DNA from: Schizosaccharomyces osmophilus
Taxonomy: Eukaryota
DNA length: 64,000 nt
Direction: 5' to 3'
Assembly: GCF_027921745.1 (NCBI RefSeq)
Contig: NC_079239.1
Span: forward strand, 1,736,001 to 1,800,000
Position numbers and translations under genes: made by a program. The notes beneath the pieces were generated by a model. It worked only from the letters and a program-made list of their open reading frames with translations. It had not been told where the DNA came from and did no database searches. Shown piece after piece: positions 34,518 through 45,911 of this stretch. Every line of letters begins with the position of its first letter. The stretch's first letter is position 1.

Positions 34518-35582
34518 ATGCCGGAATCCAAGAACTCGGAGTTTGATCCTAATACAAAAAATAAGAGCGCAGATGAAATGTATACTGAGCTCAACAAAAT
34601 TCCTTTCTTCATGCAGTCTTTAGACGATGTTGAAGAAGAGGAACAAAGTAATGCTCAATTGGATGCCTTGAAGGCCTTGGCTTATGAAGGGCAACCACAC
34701 GAAGTTGCGCAGAATTTTCGTGAACATGGAAATGAGTGTTTTGTCACAAAGCAATACCGTGAAGCCGCTGAGTATTATACGAAATCTTTGGCCGAAAAAT
34801 GCGGAAAACCAGAAATCGAAATTCCTTGCTACTCAAATCGCGCGGCATGTAATTTGATTTTTGAAAACTATCGACAAGTACTGAACGATTGTGCCCAGGT
34901 CCTTCAGCGTGACCCACAACACCCCAAAGCCTTGTTTCGCTCTGCAAAAGCTCTTGTTGCTTTGAAACGATACGACGAAGCTGAGCGTTGTGTCCGGTTG
35001 TTTTCTGCTTCACAACAAGGCGATCCTGCCGTTGAAGCTTTGAACAAAGATTTAAAGAGAAAGCGAGACACTTTTGAAAAATTTGAAGCAGAAAAGAGAA
35101 GAATTGCAGAGGAAAGAATTACCACCGCAAAAGTGGTTATAGAAGCCATGAAAGAACGTCGCATTCGCACCAAAACTTCCGAGTATCCCCCCGATATGGG
35201 AGATGCTATGGTCACGATGAGCACATTCAATGACCCGAGAAGTGAAATGTATTTGCCTACTTTATTACTATATCCTTTGACATTGCAGTCTGATTTTCTT
35301 CCCTCTGTCTCTGAAAATACCACTCCTCAAGAGCTATTGGAAATGGTATTCTCAGAACAGGCACCTTGGGATTCTGAATTTTTGTACCGACCTGATTCTT
35401 TGGACGTCTTTGCCGCGACCTCTACTGGTGGTCTCATGAAGGTCGGAAAACGCGTCCCCATGTTACAGGCACTTATACATCCAAAGGCTGTATTGACAGA
35501 TGGCCTTGTTCAGTTCCACGTTGTTCCTACTTCTCAGACCTCTGCATTTATTACTTCATGGAAACAAAACAAGAGCTCTTAA
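34518..35582 (+). CDS. cns1: TPR Hsp90/Hsp70 co-chaperone Cns1/TTC4
   Basis: PFFM, AQNFREHGNECF and YSNRAAC TPR motifs, plus a C-terminal wheel-like domain (LLYP...SDF...PWD). Confidence 0.9.
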   Translation: MPESKNSEFDPNTKNKSADEMYTELNKIPFFMQSLDDVEEEEQSNAQLDALKALAYEGQPHEVAQNFREHGNECFVTKQYREAAEYYTKSLAEKCGKPEIEIPCYSNRAACNLIFENYRQVLNDCAQVLQRDPQHPKALFRSAKALVALKRYDEAERCVRLFSASQQGDPAVEALNKDLKRKRDTFEKFEAEKRRIAEERITTAKVVIEAMKERRIRTKTSEYPPDMGDAMVTMSTFNDPRSEMYLPTLLLYPLTLQSDFLPSVSENTTPQELLEMVFSEQAPWDSEFLYRPDSLDVFAATSTGGLMKVGKRVPMLQALIHPKAVLTDGLVQFHVVPTSQTSAFITSWKQNKSS

Positions 35583-36110
35583 GCCTTGGAACCGAAAATT
35601 CTTTGTGGACTTTTGGTCTACAGTCTTTCTTTTGATGGTTTTTTTTTTATTTTTTTTGGAAAAACTAGGAATAGTCCAAAATTGGATTGGGTTACTTTTG
35701 GAAAAATATATTATTTCTATAAGCTCAATTGAAGCGGTTATCGTAACTTGTAATTCAAAAAATTTGAATCTAGCACGAGTTCCAATTAACCATTCTTGTA
35801 AAGTCCTAAATTCCTTTTATAAGTTCATTGTAAGTTATATATCCTTTTCAACCCGTAGAGGCTTTTCTGTTTTAAAGCAGAATCCATTGAATATTTCACC
35901 AACATTCATCGCCCTTACCTACCACACTTGACGAATATACATCAACTTATTTCTATATCACTTGCTATTATTTTTTGATTTTTAATTACAAAGTGCATAC
36001 TAATTAATTTTCTTTCTCTGAATTCACTCTTTATTTCGCTTTTGTGTTGTCTGCCCGAATTGTTTTTTAAATAAACCTTTAACTGAAAGGTCGAAAGAAT
36101 TTCGAGTAAA

Positions 36111-37338
36111 ATGGATGCTCTCAGTTTCAAGTATGTCTTACTTTTATAAAAGTTACTAATTCATTTATTAGTACAAACAGTGGCTATATTGAGGCCTTAG
36201 TTCGAGGATTTAAGTCCGCTTTACTCTCAGAACATATTTATGGGAATTTATCTCAATGCGAATCATTGGACGATTTGCGTTTACAGCTTGCATCAACAGA
36301 TTATGGCGGCTTTCTTGCTAATCAGCAAAAGTTGACTAGCAGTTCCATTTCCGCAAGGGCTACTGACAAATTAATCGACGAGTTCGATATGATTAAACGT
36401 CAGGCCGATGAGAAATTATCAAAATTTATGGACTTTATAACTTATGCTTATATGATAGACAATGTAATGCTCTTAGTAACCGGTACTGCGAATGGCCAAG
36501 ACACTCACGATCTTTTGGAACGCTGCCACCCATTAGGATGGTTTGAAACTCTCCCAGCTTTATGCGTAGCTACAAATGTGGAAGATTTATACAGTGTTGT
36601 TTTGGTTGAAAGTCCGCTTGCTCCTTACTTCAAGGATTGCCTGTCTGCTGATGATTTGGATGAGAAACATATCGAAATCATTCGGAACACTTTGTATAAA
36701 GCTTATTTGGAAGATTTTTATGAATTCTGTCAAAAAATAGGATCTGGAACTTTTGAAACAATGTCTCGCATCCTCGAATTCGAAGCTGATCGACGTGCCA
36801 TAACGGTAAGTTGCCCCTTATGAAGTGATTTCAATTATCTAACGTATTTACAGATCACAATAAACTCTTTTGGTACTGATTTGAGCAAAGAAGAAAGGAA
36901 TAATATGTATCCTTCCTTTGGACGCTTGTTTCCATTTGGTACTTCGATGTTGGCCAAAGCAGAGAATGTTGGCGATGTAGAAAATGCTTGCGGTTTAGTG
37001 AAAGAGTACAGTGCCTTCTTTGACCAAGTATCTCAGAAATCTCTTGATGACTACTTTTTCGAAACAGAGGTTGAGCTAAACAGGCTTGCATTTTTACAAC
37101 AGGTAATACTTCTTCCATCAGCGCGTTATGCTTTATACTTACCATATTTTTAGTTCCATTATGGAATCATTTACAGCTTCTTAAAGTTAAGAGAGCAAGA
37201 AATACGAGTAAGTTTGATGCTTCATGTAGGCATATAGAAAACAAGCTTTACTAATGCAAGTAGAATATTACGTGGATCGCAGAGTGCATAAGCCAAAATC
37301 AAAAAGACCGGGCTTTGAACATTATTCCAACAATTTAA
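36111..37338 (+). CDS. vma6: V-ATPase V0 subunit d, 5 exons
   Basis: Exons 36111-36130, 36172-36805, 36854-37102, 37154-37207 and 37264-37338 splice in frame. Motifs [47 protein letters not shown]. Confidence 0.95.
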
Positions 37339-38070
37339 TTTTTCTGAATACTAGACAAAACCAGGCGAATGAGATTTGCTCAGTCTATCTAATTATCTCC
37401 TTTCCGTTTATGCATATTTCTAGTACAAATGAATTGAGTTTTTACTATGTTGAGCTACAAATATTCGTTGAGATACAACTTCTACGCATGGCAGGTTTCT
37501 ATAATTATGATATTGACAAAATTCTGACATGCTACTGATTTTCTATACTGCTATAGACTTCATTTTAAGATGATACAAAATAAACGTCGTATCCCGATAT
37601 AATACTGCTCAATTCTGAAAGATTTTTCCTTTCGTCCAAATTCATAAAACAAATACCAGGAATTAAAACTTTCTCACGTTAAAGAAAATCATTCGACTTG
37701 ATTTGGACTGTTCCGTACACAAAGCAACTCAAGAATCAAGGATATGAATTGTTACAATTTCCTACTTTAACTTATTTTTAGACTTTTTTATTTCTTTTTT
37801 AATTTTTTGTAGTCATCTATACTACGGTCTGTTTTGATTTTTGAGAACAGACAATTGCCATTCACACGCAGTTTCTCTTATTACAACATTCACTTTCTAC
37901 CATCACCCACAGACAACAAGAAGCAGTGAACATTGTTTAGACGATAATATTCCAGGAAAAGAATAGTTTAAAGAAAAGAAACTTACTCTTTTCTCAAAGT
38001 TTACATTCGAATTCCACTCGGTTCGCAAAAGAAGTAAATAGACGTTGGTAATTTTAGACCGCATACAAAA

Positions 38071-39070
38071 ATGAGTTCAACAGCATCCAATGATGGATTA
38101 TTTCCTCGTGGACCTCTGCTTTTAGAAAATCTGGTCACTCCTTATTGTGAAAAACTTGGGCTTTATAAATTACCCAGACATATTCACGTAATCATTCTTA
38201 GTGCTTTGTTTTATCAACTTATAAACCTTCTTTCTCCTTGGATCTCCAATCAGTTTAGCAGACATTACAAACAATTGTCCAGACGCTCCAAGCTAAACTG
38301 GGATTCTCACGTCGTTAGCTCTGTACAGAGTGTGCTTCTCATTTCTTTAGGTTATCCCATCCTAAGGGAAGTGAATCGTTTCAGTGATAAGCTCTTTGGA
38401 TATTCTGTCTATGCCGGTGATATATATGCCTTGGCTGACGGTTACTTTCTCTGGGATTTGTATATTACCATTCGTTATCTTAATGTCACCGGCTTTGGAT
38501 TCGTCGTTCATGCGGTTGCGGCTTTGTTCGTGGTCACATTTAGTTATGTAAGTAATTTAATTCTACTTGTAAGTTTTGCTAACTTCTGCAGTCCCCTTAC
38601 CTCATGTATTATGGTCCAACTTACTTGTCGTGGGAATTAAGTACCCCGTTTTTAAACATTCATTATTTCTTGGATAAGACCAACAAAACAGGATCCAAAC
38701 TCCAAATCTTCAACGGCGTCCTTCTTATCCTCACCTTTATATGCGTTCGTATCGTTTGGGGTTGGTACTCTGCATATAGCACATCAAGTATGTCAATTCA
38801 AACCTTTTTACAGTAATGATACTAATCTAAATACAGTGGAAATCATTCGCCGTGTTACTGAAATTCCTCGTGGCCTGAGCTTGTTTTACTTAGCTGCAAA
38901 GTAAGTTTTCTATTCTGGTCACTTTTATTAACTCAAGCAGCATGTCTTTGAATTGTTTAAATCTTTTCTGGGTTTTCAAGATGATGGATGCTATTCGTCG
39001 TCGTGCGCATGGTGAGAAAGTGAGCCCTGTTCAAACTGCCAACTCTGAAGTTGCAAAAAAGAACCTTTAA
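38071..39070 (+). CDS. tlc4: TLC-domain (TRAM/LAG1/CLN8) membrane protein, 4 exons
   Basis: Exons 38071-38547, 38592-38787, 38837-38900 and 38941-39070. Motifs WDSHVVS, GYFLWD, ELSTPFLN and LNLFW; ends in KKNL (KKxx ER-retrieval signal). Confidence 0.85.
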
Positions 39071-39863
39071 AGTACTCGACGTACTTTTTTCACGTGAGTG
39101 AGCATCCATCTTTATTCTCACTTCTATTTTTTTTGTAAGTGAAAATTATGTTATTGTCATCGTCTTAAAATGAAAAATATCAAACTCTTAATGTTGATCA
39201 CTTACAATTCTGCATACTTATTCCTTATAATAATCGTTTTAACTCGCTTTTCTAAATAAAAGATTTCGCTTGTTTTTTATGTTTTTAGTCTTCGCATGGT
39301 GGTGAAAAAGTAAGCTAATATCTGTAATGCTTCTATAATTTCAATACTGCCTAGTTTCTTCACAGTACGCGCACACTTGTTAAAACAATGTTTAGATTAT
39401 TAAACAACTCTGATGTCAAAAACAGCACAGACGGTAGTTTTGGGCGTTACGTATTTCTAAGCAAACAAATGGAAGTAAACTCCAGACAGTTAGAAAGATA
39501 CAAGCATGAATGAACTATTAATGTTCTTTTTCTTTTTTTTTTCCAAAAATAGTATTTGCTGAATGAAAGACTTTGCTAGTCGAACTATACAACCACTTTA
39601 CTGATATGTCCAAACAGGCTAAGATCATAGATCTTTTAGAAGTCGAACCGAATTCCAAGCAAGTAATACGAATAGCTCTTTAACATATTTCGATCAGATA
39701 TTTGAAATTCACAAATATATAACTTTCCACATGCTAGTCTTACATATTCATCTTCCATTGTAAATTACCACCGTAGAGGTCATTAAGATATCAAAAATAA
39801 AAACAAGCAGAAAAGGATACTAAAAATTCAAAGTGAAAAATTTTTTATACAAAGAACCTTTGC

Positions 39864-41417
39864 TCAATCTGAAATCGGCAGATATTTAATGGCTTTTGTT
39901 CCAGTCAAAGCACTGTGAACGCGAATTTTCTCACCGAAAAAGTAGAAAAAATAAATGATAAAAGGAATGGAAATGCTAATGAATGCCATAGTAGCAACAG
40001 CCCACTTTGTAGCCATTCTATCAAACATTATGATACTAACGTGGGCGAAAACAGCAGCACCAACATACGAAGGTAGAGTAAAAGCAGCTACTGAGGACGC
40101 TGAAATAATAGGATAGCAATCAGTTAAGTAATTTAAGATAGAAAGCCAATTATGCGAATTGGCAACACTGGACATGGCAAGACCCACAATCGGAACCATC
40201 CAATGAAATGGAGGAGAACAAGTGAAAGCAAACAAAAACATGCCAGCTGGAAACAGTAATGTGAAGAACAAAGCACTTGTAAAACGAGCCTCTGGGACAG
40301 CCATTCCATGGTTGAGTTTTTTGCTTCTTCGGAAGATCCAGTCTTGAATAGGTTGAAAGCAAAACAAAAGAGAGTAAGCCACCAAACCAGCAAGATATGT
40401 ACAACTAGCACCCATGGAAGACATTTTGTAATCCAAACTAAACACAGGCCAGATCGCTGCCAAAAAGAAATAGCTGATACCATAAGCATAAAAGTTGTAA
40501 AGACCCATAGTAATAACTATAGGTTCTGTGAATATCATTCGAAATCCCATAGTATTAACAAATTTCATATTTTGAAATAATTGTTTTGTTGTAACCTTGG
40601 GAAGACTTTCAATGGTTCGGCCCTTGGCTAATTCGTATCTAGATATAACCTTTATAGGTAATGTTTCGGGAATAAGAAGGATTACTATCAAAAAAAAGCC
40701 TCCGACAATGATATTGATATAATACAACCAGCGCCAGCCAAATTTGGGATTTGAATCAACTCCGGTACCTATCGGAGCACCGATACTGCCGCCAGCACAG
40801 GCCCAAACAAATAAAGACATGGGCATACCAGACTTACCATCGGAAAATATGTCTGGAATTCCGCCAGCAACATTAGTCAAAGCTGTACTTCCGGCCAGAC
40901 CTATAATGAAGTGGGAAATAACCATTTGAGTAATATTATTGGGCAGTGCGCAAGAAATATTGAATATAACATATAAAAAAATCGAAAAAAAGTACACAGG
41001 TTTTCTACCATTGATATCGGACAAAGGGCCCAGAAACATGGGACCCAACCCACTGCCCAAAATGTTCATGCTAAGATTTAAGGTAGAAACTTGTGTGGAA
41101 ACATGAAAGTGATCTTGTACAGATTCTGATATACTTCCGTAGGCATTACTCGTCCATATAACATATATCTGTAAAGCGCAATATACAATCATAATCAGCC
41201 ATCGCTTCCACCAAGGCCAGTTTTGTGGATGAGCAGGATGACTTGTGGAGACAAGATCAGCAATGTTGGTAACAACATAGTCTTCTTTCCCTTTTTTTTC
41301 GTCAAAACTATGATCATCAACGGAGGAAGCGCGAACACCTACTTCCAAATCTGTAACTTCGCTAGAAGTTTCAACGACTGCTTTGTTTAGAGAAAGACAA
41401 TTTTTGAAAATATTCAT
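39864..41417 (-). CDS. bsu1: MFS DHA1-family transporter (vitamin B6 transporter Bsu1-like)
   Basis: About 12 TM helices with HPQNWP, GPLSDINGRKPV, PET and PEAR motifs. Name assigned from recalled synteny. Confidence 0.8.
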   Translation of the reverse strand: MNIFKNCLSLNKAVVETSSEVTDLEVGVRASSVDDHSFDEKKGKEDYVVTNIADLVSTSHPAHPQNWPWWKRWLIMIVYCALQIYVIWTSNAYGSISESVQDHFHVSTQVSTLNLSMNILGSGLGPMFLGPLSDINGRKPVYFFSIFLYVIFNISCALPNNITQMVISHFIIGLAGSTALTNVAGGIPDIFSDGKSGMPMSLFVWACAGGSIGAPIGTGVDSNPKFGWRWLYYINIIVGGFFLIVILLIPETLPIKVISRYELAKGRTIESLPKVTTKQLFQNMKFVNTMGFRMIFTEPIVITMGLYNFYAYGISYFFLAAIWPVFSLDYKMSSMGASCTYLAGLVAYSLLFCFQPIQDWIFRRSKKLNHGMAVPEARFTSALFFTLLFPAGMFLFAFTCSPPFHWMVPIVGLAMSSVANSHNWLSILNYLTDCYPIISASSVAAFTLPSYVGAAVFAHVSIIMFDRMATKWAVATMAFISISIPFIIYFFYFFGEKIRVHSALTGTKAIKYLPISD

Positions 41418-42784
41418 TCTTGGTGACTTCGATGTTTTCGATATCTTATAGCTCCTAAAGGCGTTTTCTGTTAATCAGCAAATAAATAGTAAACAAGATA
41501 AAGGAAAGCAAGGAAAAGTGGATCCCAATACTTAAGATCTTTTCTTCGCGATGCTGAAACACAGTTCGATGAACGTCCAAGGTTGTATCTCTTGTTTATA
41601 AGGAAACGACCAAAGCACCTTTAACAATAAATAAAAGAGAATATAATTATTTAATTGCTATTCCTGAACAGCGCCATTTCCTTTGCATATAAATCATGAG
41701 GAACTCCGCTACGCAGACTACCGGCGCAGCAGAATGCCGATGGGGACCATCATCCATATGTGTTTCCAACCGAAGTTTCTGACAACGGAAAAAGGATTAT
41801 TTCGATAAAAGCTTTTCATAAATAGTTCCCTAACAGTGAAGGGATATATCCCGAGGAAATCCTCAAAGTGCATGTATCCGTGGAAGCGCGCGCATAGAGA
41901 AGACATGGAATGTGTAAAAGCATTTTGGCGAAAATTAGGTGGTATAACAAAACCTTTCCAACATAGTGATTCATTTTCTTCCCGTTGGTTGAGTCTAACT
42001 GTAAACAAGACAGACTTCTTTAGTATATAGCGTCCTTAATAATATATTCCCCGAGCGTAAAGAAATACGCACCGTTTACGAGAACAACTCTAAGAGTAAA
42101 GTAAAGTAATCAATTGACATCAAAAAGATGTGAATATGACTGACGATCTCTCGTCTTAAGTGTCATGATAAAAGAAAATTCACGATGCTGGTTCCTGGTC
42201 AGAGATATATACTTAAAGTGAATTGTCATCAAGTGAATTGACAAATACAAACAAGATTCCACTGAATTTTTCTTTTCTAAAGTGACCACGGGCTGCGCGA
42301 GTTATAAATAACATTCTGAGCTCTTCACTACAGAGTGCCGCAGCCTTTACAGAAATAGCGAAAAAGGGTTTCAATTCATTATTACGATGAGGTTCAACCT
42401 CAAACCGCTTTCAAAGTACGTGTTGCTGTCGGAGCAAAACCATAAACGTCCTTCATTCTACGATCCAAAATCTGTTCTAGAAAAAAAAAAAAAAATTGCA
42501 AGAGCATTAAAAATTCTTTCGAGAAAGTGTTCCATCCGTTCAATTAATGTTATCCGACATTGCTCTTGTTTTGGGTTATTCATCTATTCACGAACACTTA
42601 GAAGTAAATGAAAATAACAAAAAAAATCCAAAAGTTGCACATATATGTTAAGAAGTCTGTATTTTTCATTCTTGATTCTCAAAAACCAACAGACATTTGC
42701 AAGCGTTTTATTTCATCATTTTGTGTATTGGGAATGTCCGACCTTTAAAGCACCACCACAGTAAATAAAACTATGTAAGGAAAA

Positions 42785-45304
42785 ATGGAGGAAAAACGTA
42801 CGAATATTTGCTTGCAAGAAAACAGGCGCATACTTAGAAATTACACATTTCATTATGTGTCTTTCTAGTACATATTCAACGAAAGCCTTTAATGCTAACA
42901 ACATTTTCAGATTCGTCCATTTTCTCCACCAACGTTCCTTGTAGGAATGAAATGATTCACGGAAGATGCCCTTACATTGATAAAGGATGCATTTTTCAGC
43001 ACAAATCGCAGGTATGGCGTTCATTTACTGAGTGAAAAGTGGAAGAGCCATGAGACTAGCTTTTGCTTGATTTGCTTAGACGTAAAACGCTGTATCAATC
43101 TAATTAACTTAATTTAGAACGCTTCACCTAGTGAGGATTGGAAGTCTTCACGAAAACCCGAACAAACACCTCTCGCTTCAGTTACTTCTTCCAGTCGACT
43201 CAGCGTCAATTCCCCGTCTTTCACTCCGTCCTTGGTCGTCAAGCCCGCAGATGCTCCTTCAGCCAATCGCCAAAAAGAATTTACTCCATTGACGAAAGCA
43301 AAATGTATGTTAACGCAAATATTTTTCTTTCATGCTTACATTTTCAGCCTATTCTTCTGCTTTATCATCTGGAAAAAATGGGGTTGCTACGAATCGAGTG
43401 AATAGTCCTCCCAAGACAATTTCATTGACTCCTTCAAGTTCCAGGGGCGCTGCAGATTCCCCAGGAAAATTAAATTTGGCTCGTAACGCTATGCCTTTTT
43501 CTCCTAAGGCTACTTCCTTGTCTCTTAAAGATCGCTCTAGTATGTCATCGTACCCTTCTGTGAACGCACCATCTTTCTCATCGGCAAAAGGAGCTGTCCC
43601 TGCTATTTCCTCACCATCTCCCGGTTTGTTGCCTTTTCCTTCTCAAGTGCAGCCAAGTAATTATTTAAGCCCATCTATCACTGGATCAGAGCAGGTTCAA
43701 GGTGTTGAGTTAGATCGTCATATCATAGCTAAGTTTCCGCCTTTTTTTCATACTATGAACGATTCAGAGAAGAAAAAAGTCGAGACTTTTCTCGCCGATG
43801 ACTTTCAAGGTTGGCTTTTACATCTTTCCAGAGAGAATTTTCTGTTTTCTAGTTCATCAAAATTGCCAACTCATATTTTCTCTTATCACAGCTTGACCCC
43901 TCGACGTACCATAACTACTTCGCTTCCTATTTTGGGATATCCGGCCGCTATTTACAAAGTAATTGATGGAGATAATGGAAAACCGTATTTATTTGTTCAA
44001 TTACAAAAGTTTCAGTTGCTACGTGATAAAGATATTACGAATGTAGTACCATGGACAAAAATCCATTCTCCTTACATCATGGAAATCAGAGAGGCATTTA
44101 CGACTCATGCTTTTGGGCAACCGTGTAAGTTTTTTCTCATGCTTACCTTCTTGTTATTAACCTTAACTAGCAATCGTATTCGTTTACGAATACTCTCCTT
44201 CTTGTCCTTCGCTTTATGACTTGTTTTTCTCTTCTCCGGTATTCCGTAAAAAAGCTGCATCTTTCTATTTCTCAAAACCGTTGATAAATACCGAAAAAGT
44301 GCTTTGGATAATTGCCAGCCAATTGATTGGGGCTTTATACACCATTCACTCCGCTGGCATGGCAGCCAAAATGATTACGGCCAAAAATGTTTTGATGGTA
44401 GGGAAATTACGAGTAGCATTATTTGGTTTGGGGATTTATGATGTGATATCAGAGTATCCAAACACTTCTTTAGAAGATTTTCAGGTGGAGGATTGTCGAA
44501 ATCTCGGTCTCTTGCTTTTATCTTTGGCATCTGGCATTGAAAATATATCCATTGCGACAGCAAGAGGTCATATAGCAAACCTTGATTTTCGATATGACAT
44601 TCAATCCTCTTTCGTTGAACTGATTAAAAGCTTAATATTGGATGACGGGATTCGAATTGCGGATGTATTGCCATCTGTTATACCTTATATTATTACAAAT
44701 TATGAGAATAGTGCTCTGTACGATTTTTTTTCTTACTTCCATTTTAAAATGCTAACACTCTTCAGAATGCAGGATGTTTACCAGTCTCGCCTAGCTGAGC
44801 AGATAGAAAACGATCGATTGTTAAGAGTACTTTTAAAATTCGAATTCCTGGATGATCGGCCTGAGTTTCTCGAAGACCCAGATTGGTTTCCATGTGGGCG
44901 CTTTTGGATCATTCGCTTATTCAGAAAATATATGTTTCGTGTTAAGCAATATTCCAGAGGCGATGGGCATCCAATAAAATCTCAATTGCTTGATGCATCC
45001 AAACTACCTGAACGAAATATTGACCTATCTCACCTTCTACAATGCTTGAACAAGGTAAGTGAATATGTTACTTATTTTAGAAGCGGTATGACTAACAAAA
45101 TAGCTGGATGCCGGAATAGAGGAAAAATTACTTTTAGAAGATTCTTGCAACCGCATAATAGTCAGTTACAAAGATGTATGTGAATAATTGTCTGTCTAGA
45201 GGTTGTTTTTTTACTGACCAATAAACTAGGTGAAAACAGCGATCAATACTGCGTTTATGGAACTGGAATATCGTGTCTCTAATAATGTTAGTATAAAAAA
45301 ATAA
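42785..45304 (+). CDS. pan3: PAN deadenylase subunit Pan3 (CCCH finger, PAM2, pseudokinase), 8 exons
   Basis: Exons 42785-42797, 42911-43011, 43118-43304, 43348-44124, 44171-44717, 44766-45054, 45104-45175 and 45230-45304 splice in frame. Motifs CRNEMIHGRCPYIDKGCIFQH, EAFTTHAFG, IENDRLLRVLLK and HLLQCLNKLDAG. Confidence 0.88.
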
Positions 45305-45911
45305 AAAGTTTGTAACGGAAGTTATTTATTTGTAAGATTTTGCAGAATAGCAAAGTAGTGAGCTGATCGTTTATCATTTATGCGGTGTCCAACTATTAGG
45401 CCTTTTGTACGAAAGAATTTTTTTCTTCTTTTTTTTTTTTTGTTTTTTCTTTACAGTGTTCTCTTATAATATAAAAAAGTCTTTACTAAACGATGTATCA
45501 TTTCTTTAACATTAATTTTGCGCTTCGTAGATGATTTAGCGGTTGGTCGTTCTGAAACCTCTTTGCAAGCACTTAGTTCCATGAATAAAATAAACATAAT
45601 AATAAGTTTAAGTACTCTATGTTTTTGTTCTACGGGCGGAAGTGTGGTTTGAGTGGAGTATTGTCAAAGACGTAGCGGTATAGTAAACACTTATCCTCTA
45701 CCATCCACATAAGTAGGTTTCCACAAATAACCTTTTCTTGTAGAAAGAAAGGAAGTTAATTCTGTTAACCAGAAAATTCTTCTTTCAAGTTATAATTAGT
45801 CAGATTGTTGTACGGTTATAAACCATAAAAGGGACTGGAAAGTTGAAGGTTAAATCTTGGAAACGTAAACTCCATACATAAAAGAAATAAGGTCTTTTTA
45901 GGAATAAGAAA

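Noticed and set aside
41418..42780. TPP riboswitch upstream of the bsu1-like transporter
   Set aside because: I could not find the conserved CTGAGA and CCTGA aptamer cores or a flanking intron on the sense strand.
43810..43852. Possible extra pan3 intron GTTGGC...TAG
   Set aside because: Removing these 43 nt shifts the frame into a stop, there is no good branch point, and the ORF is open without it.
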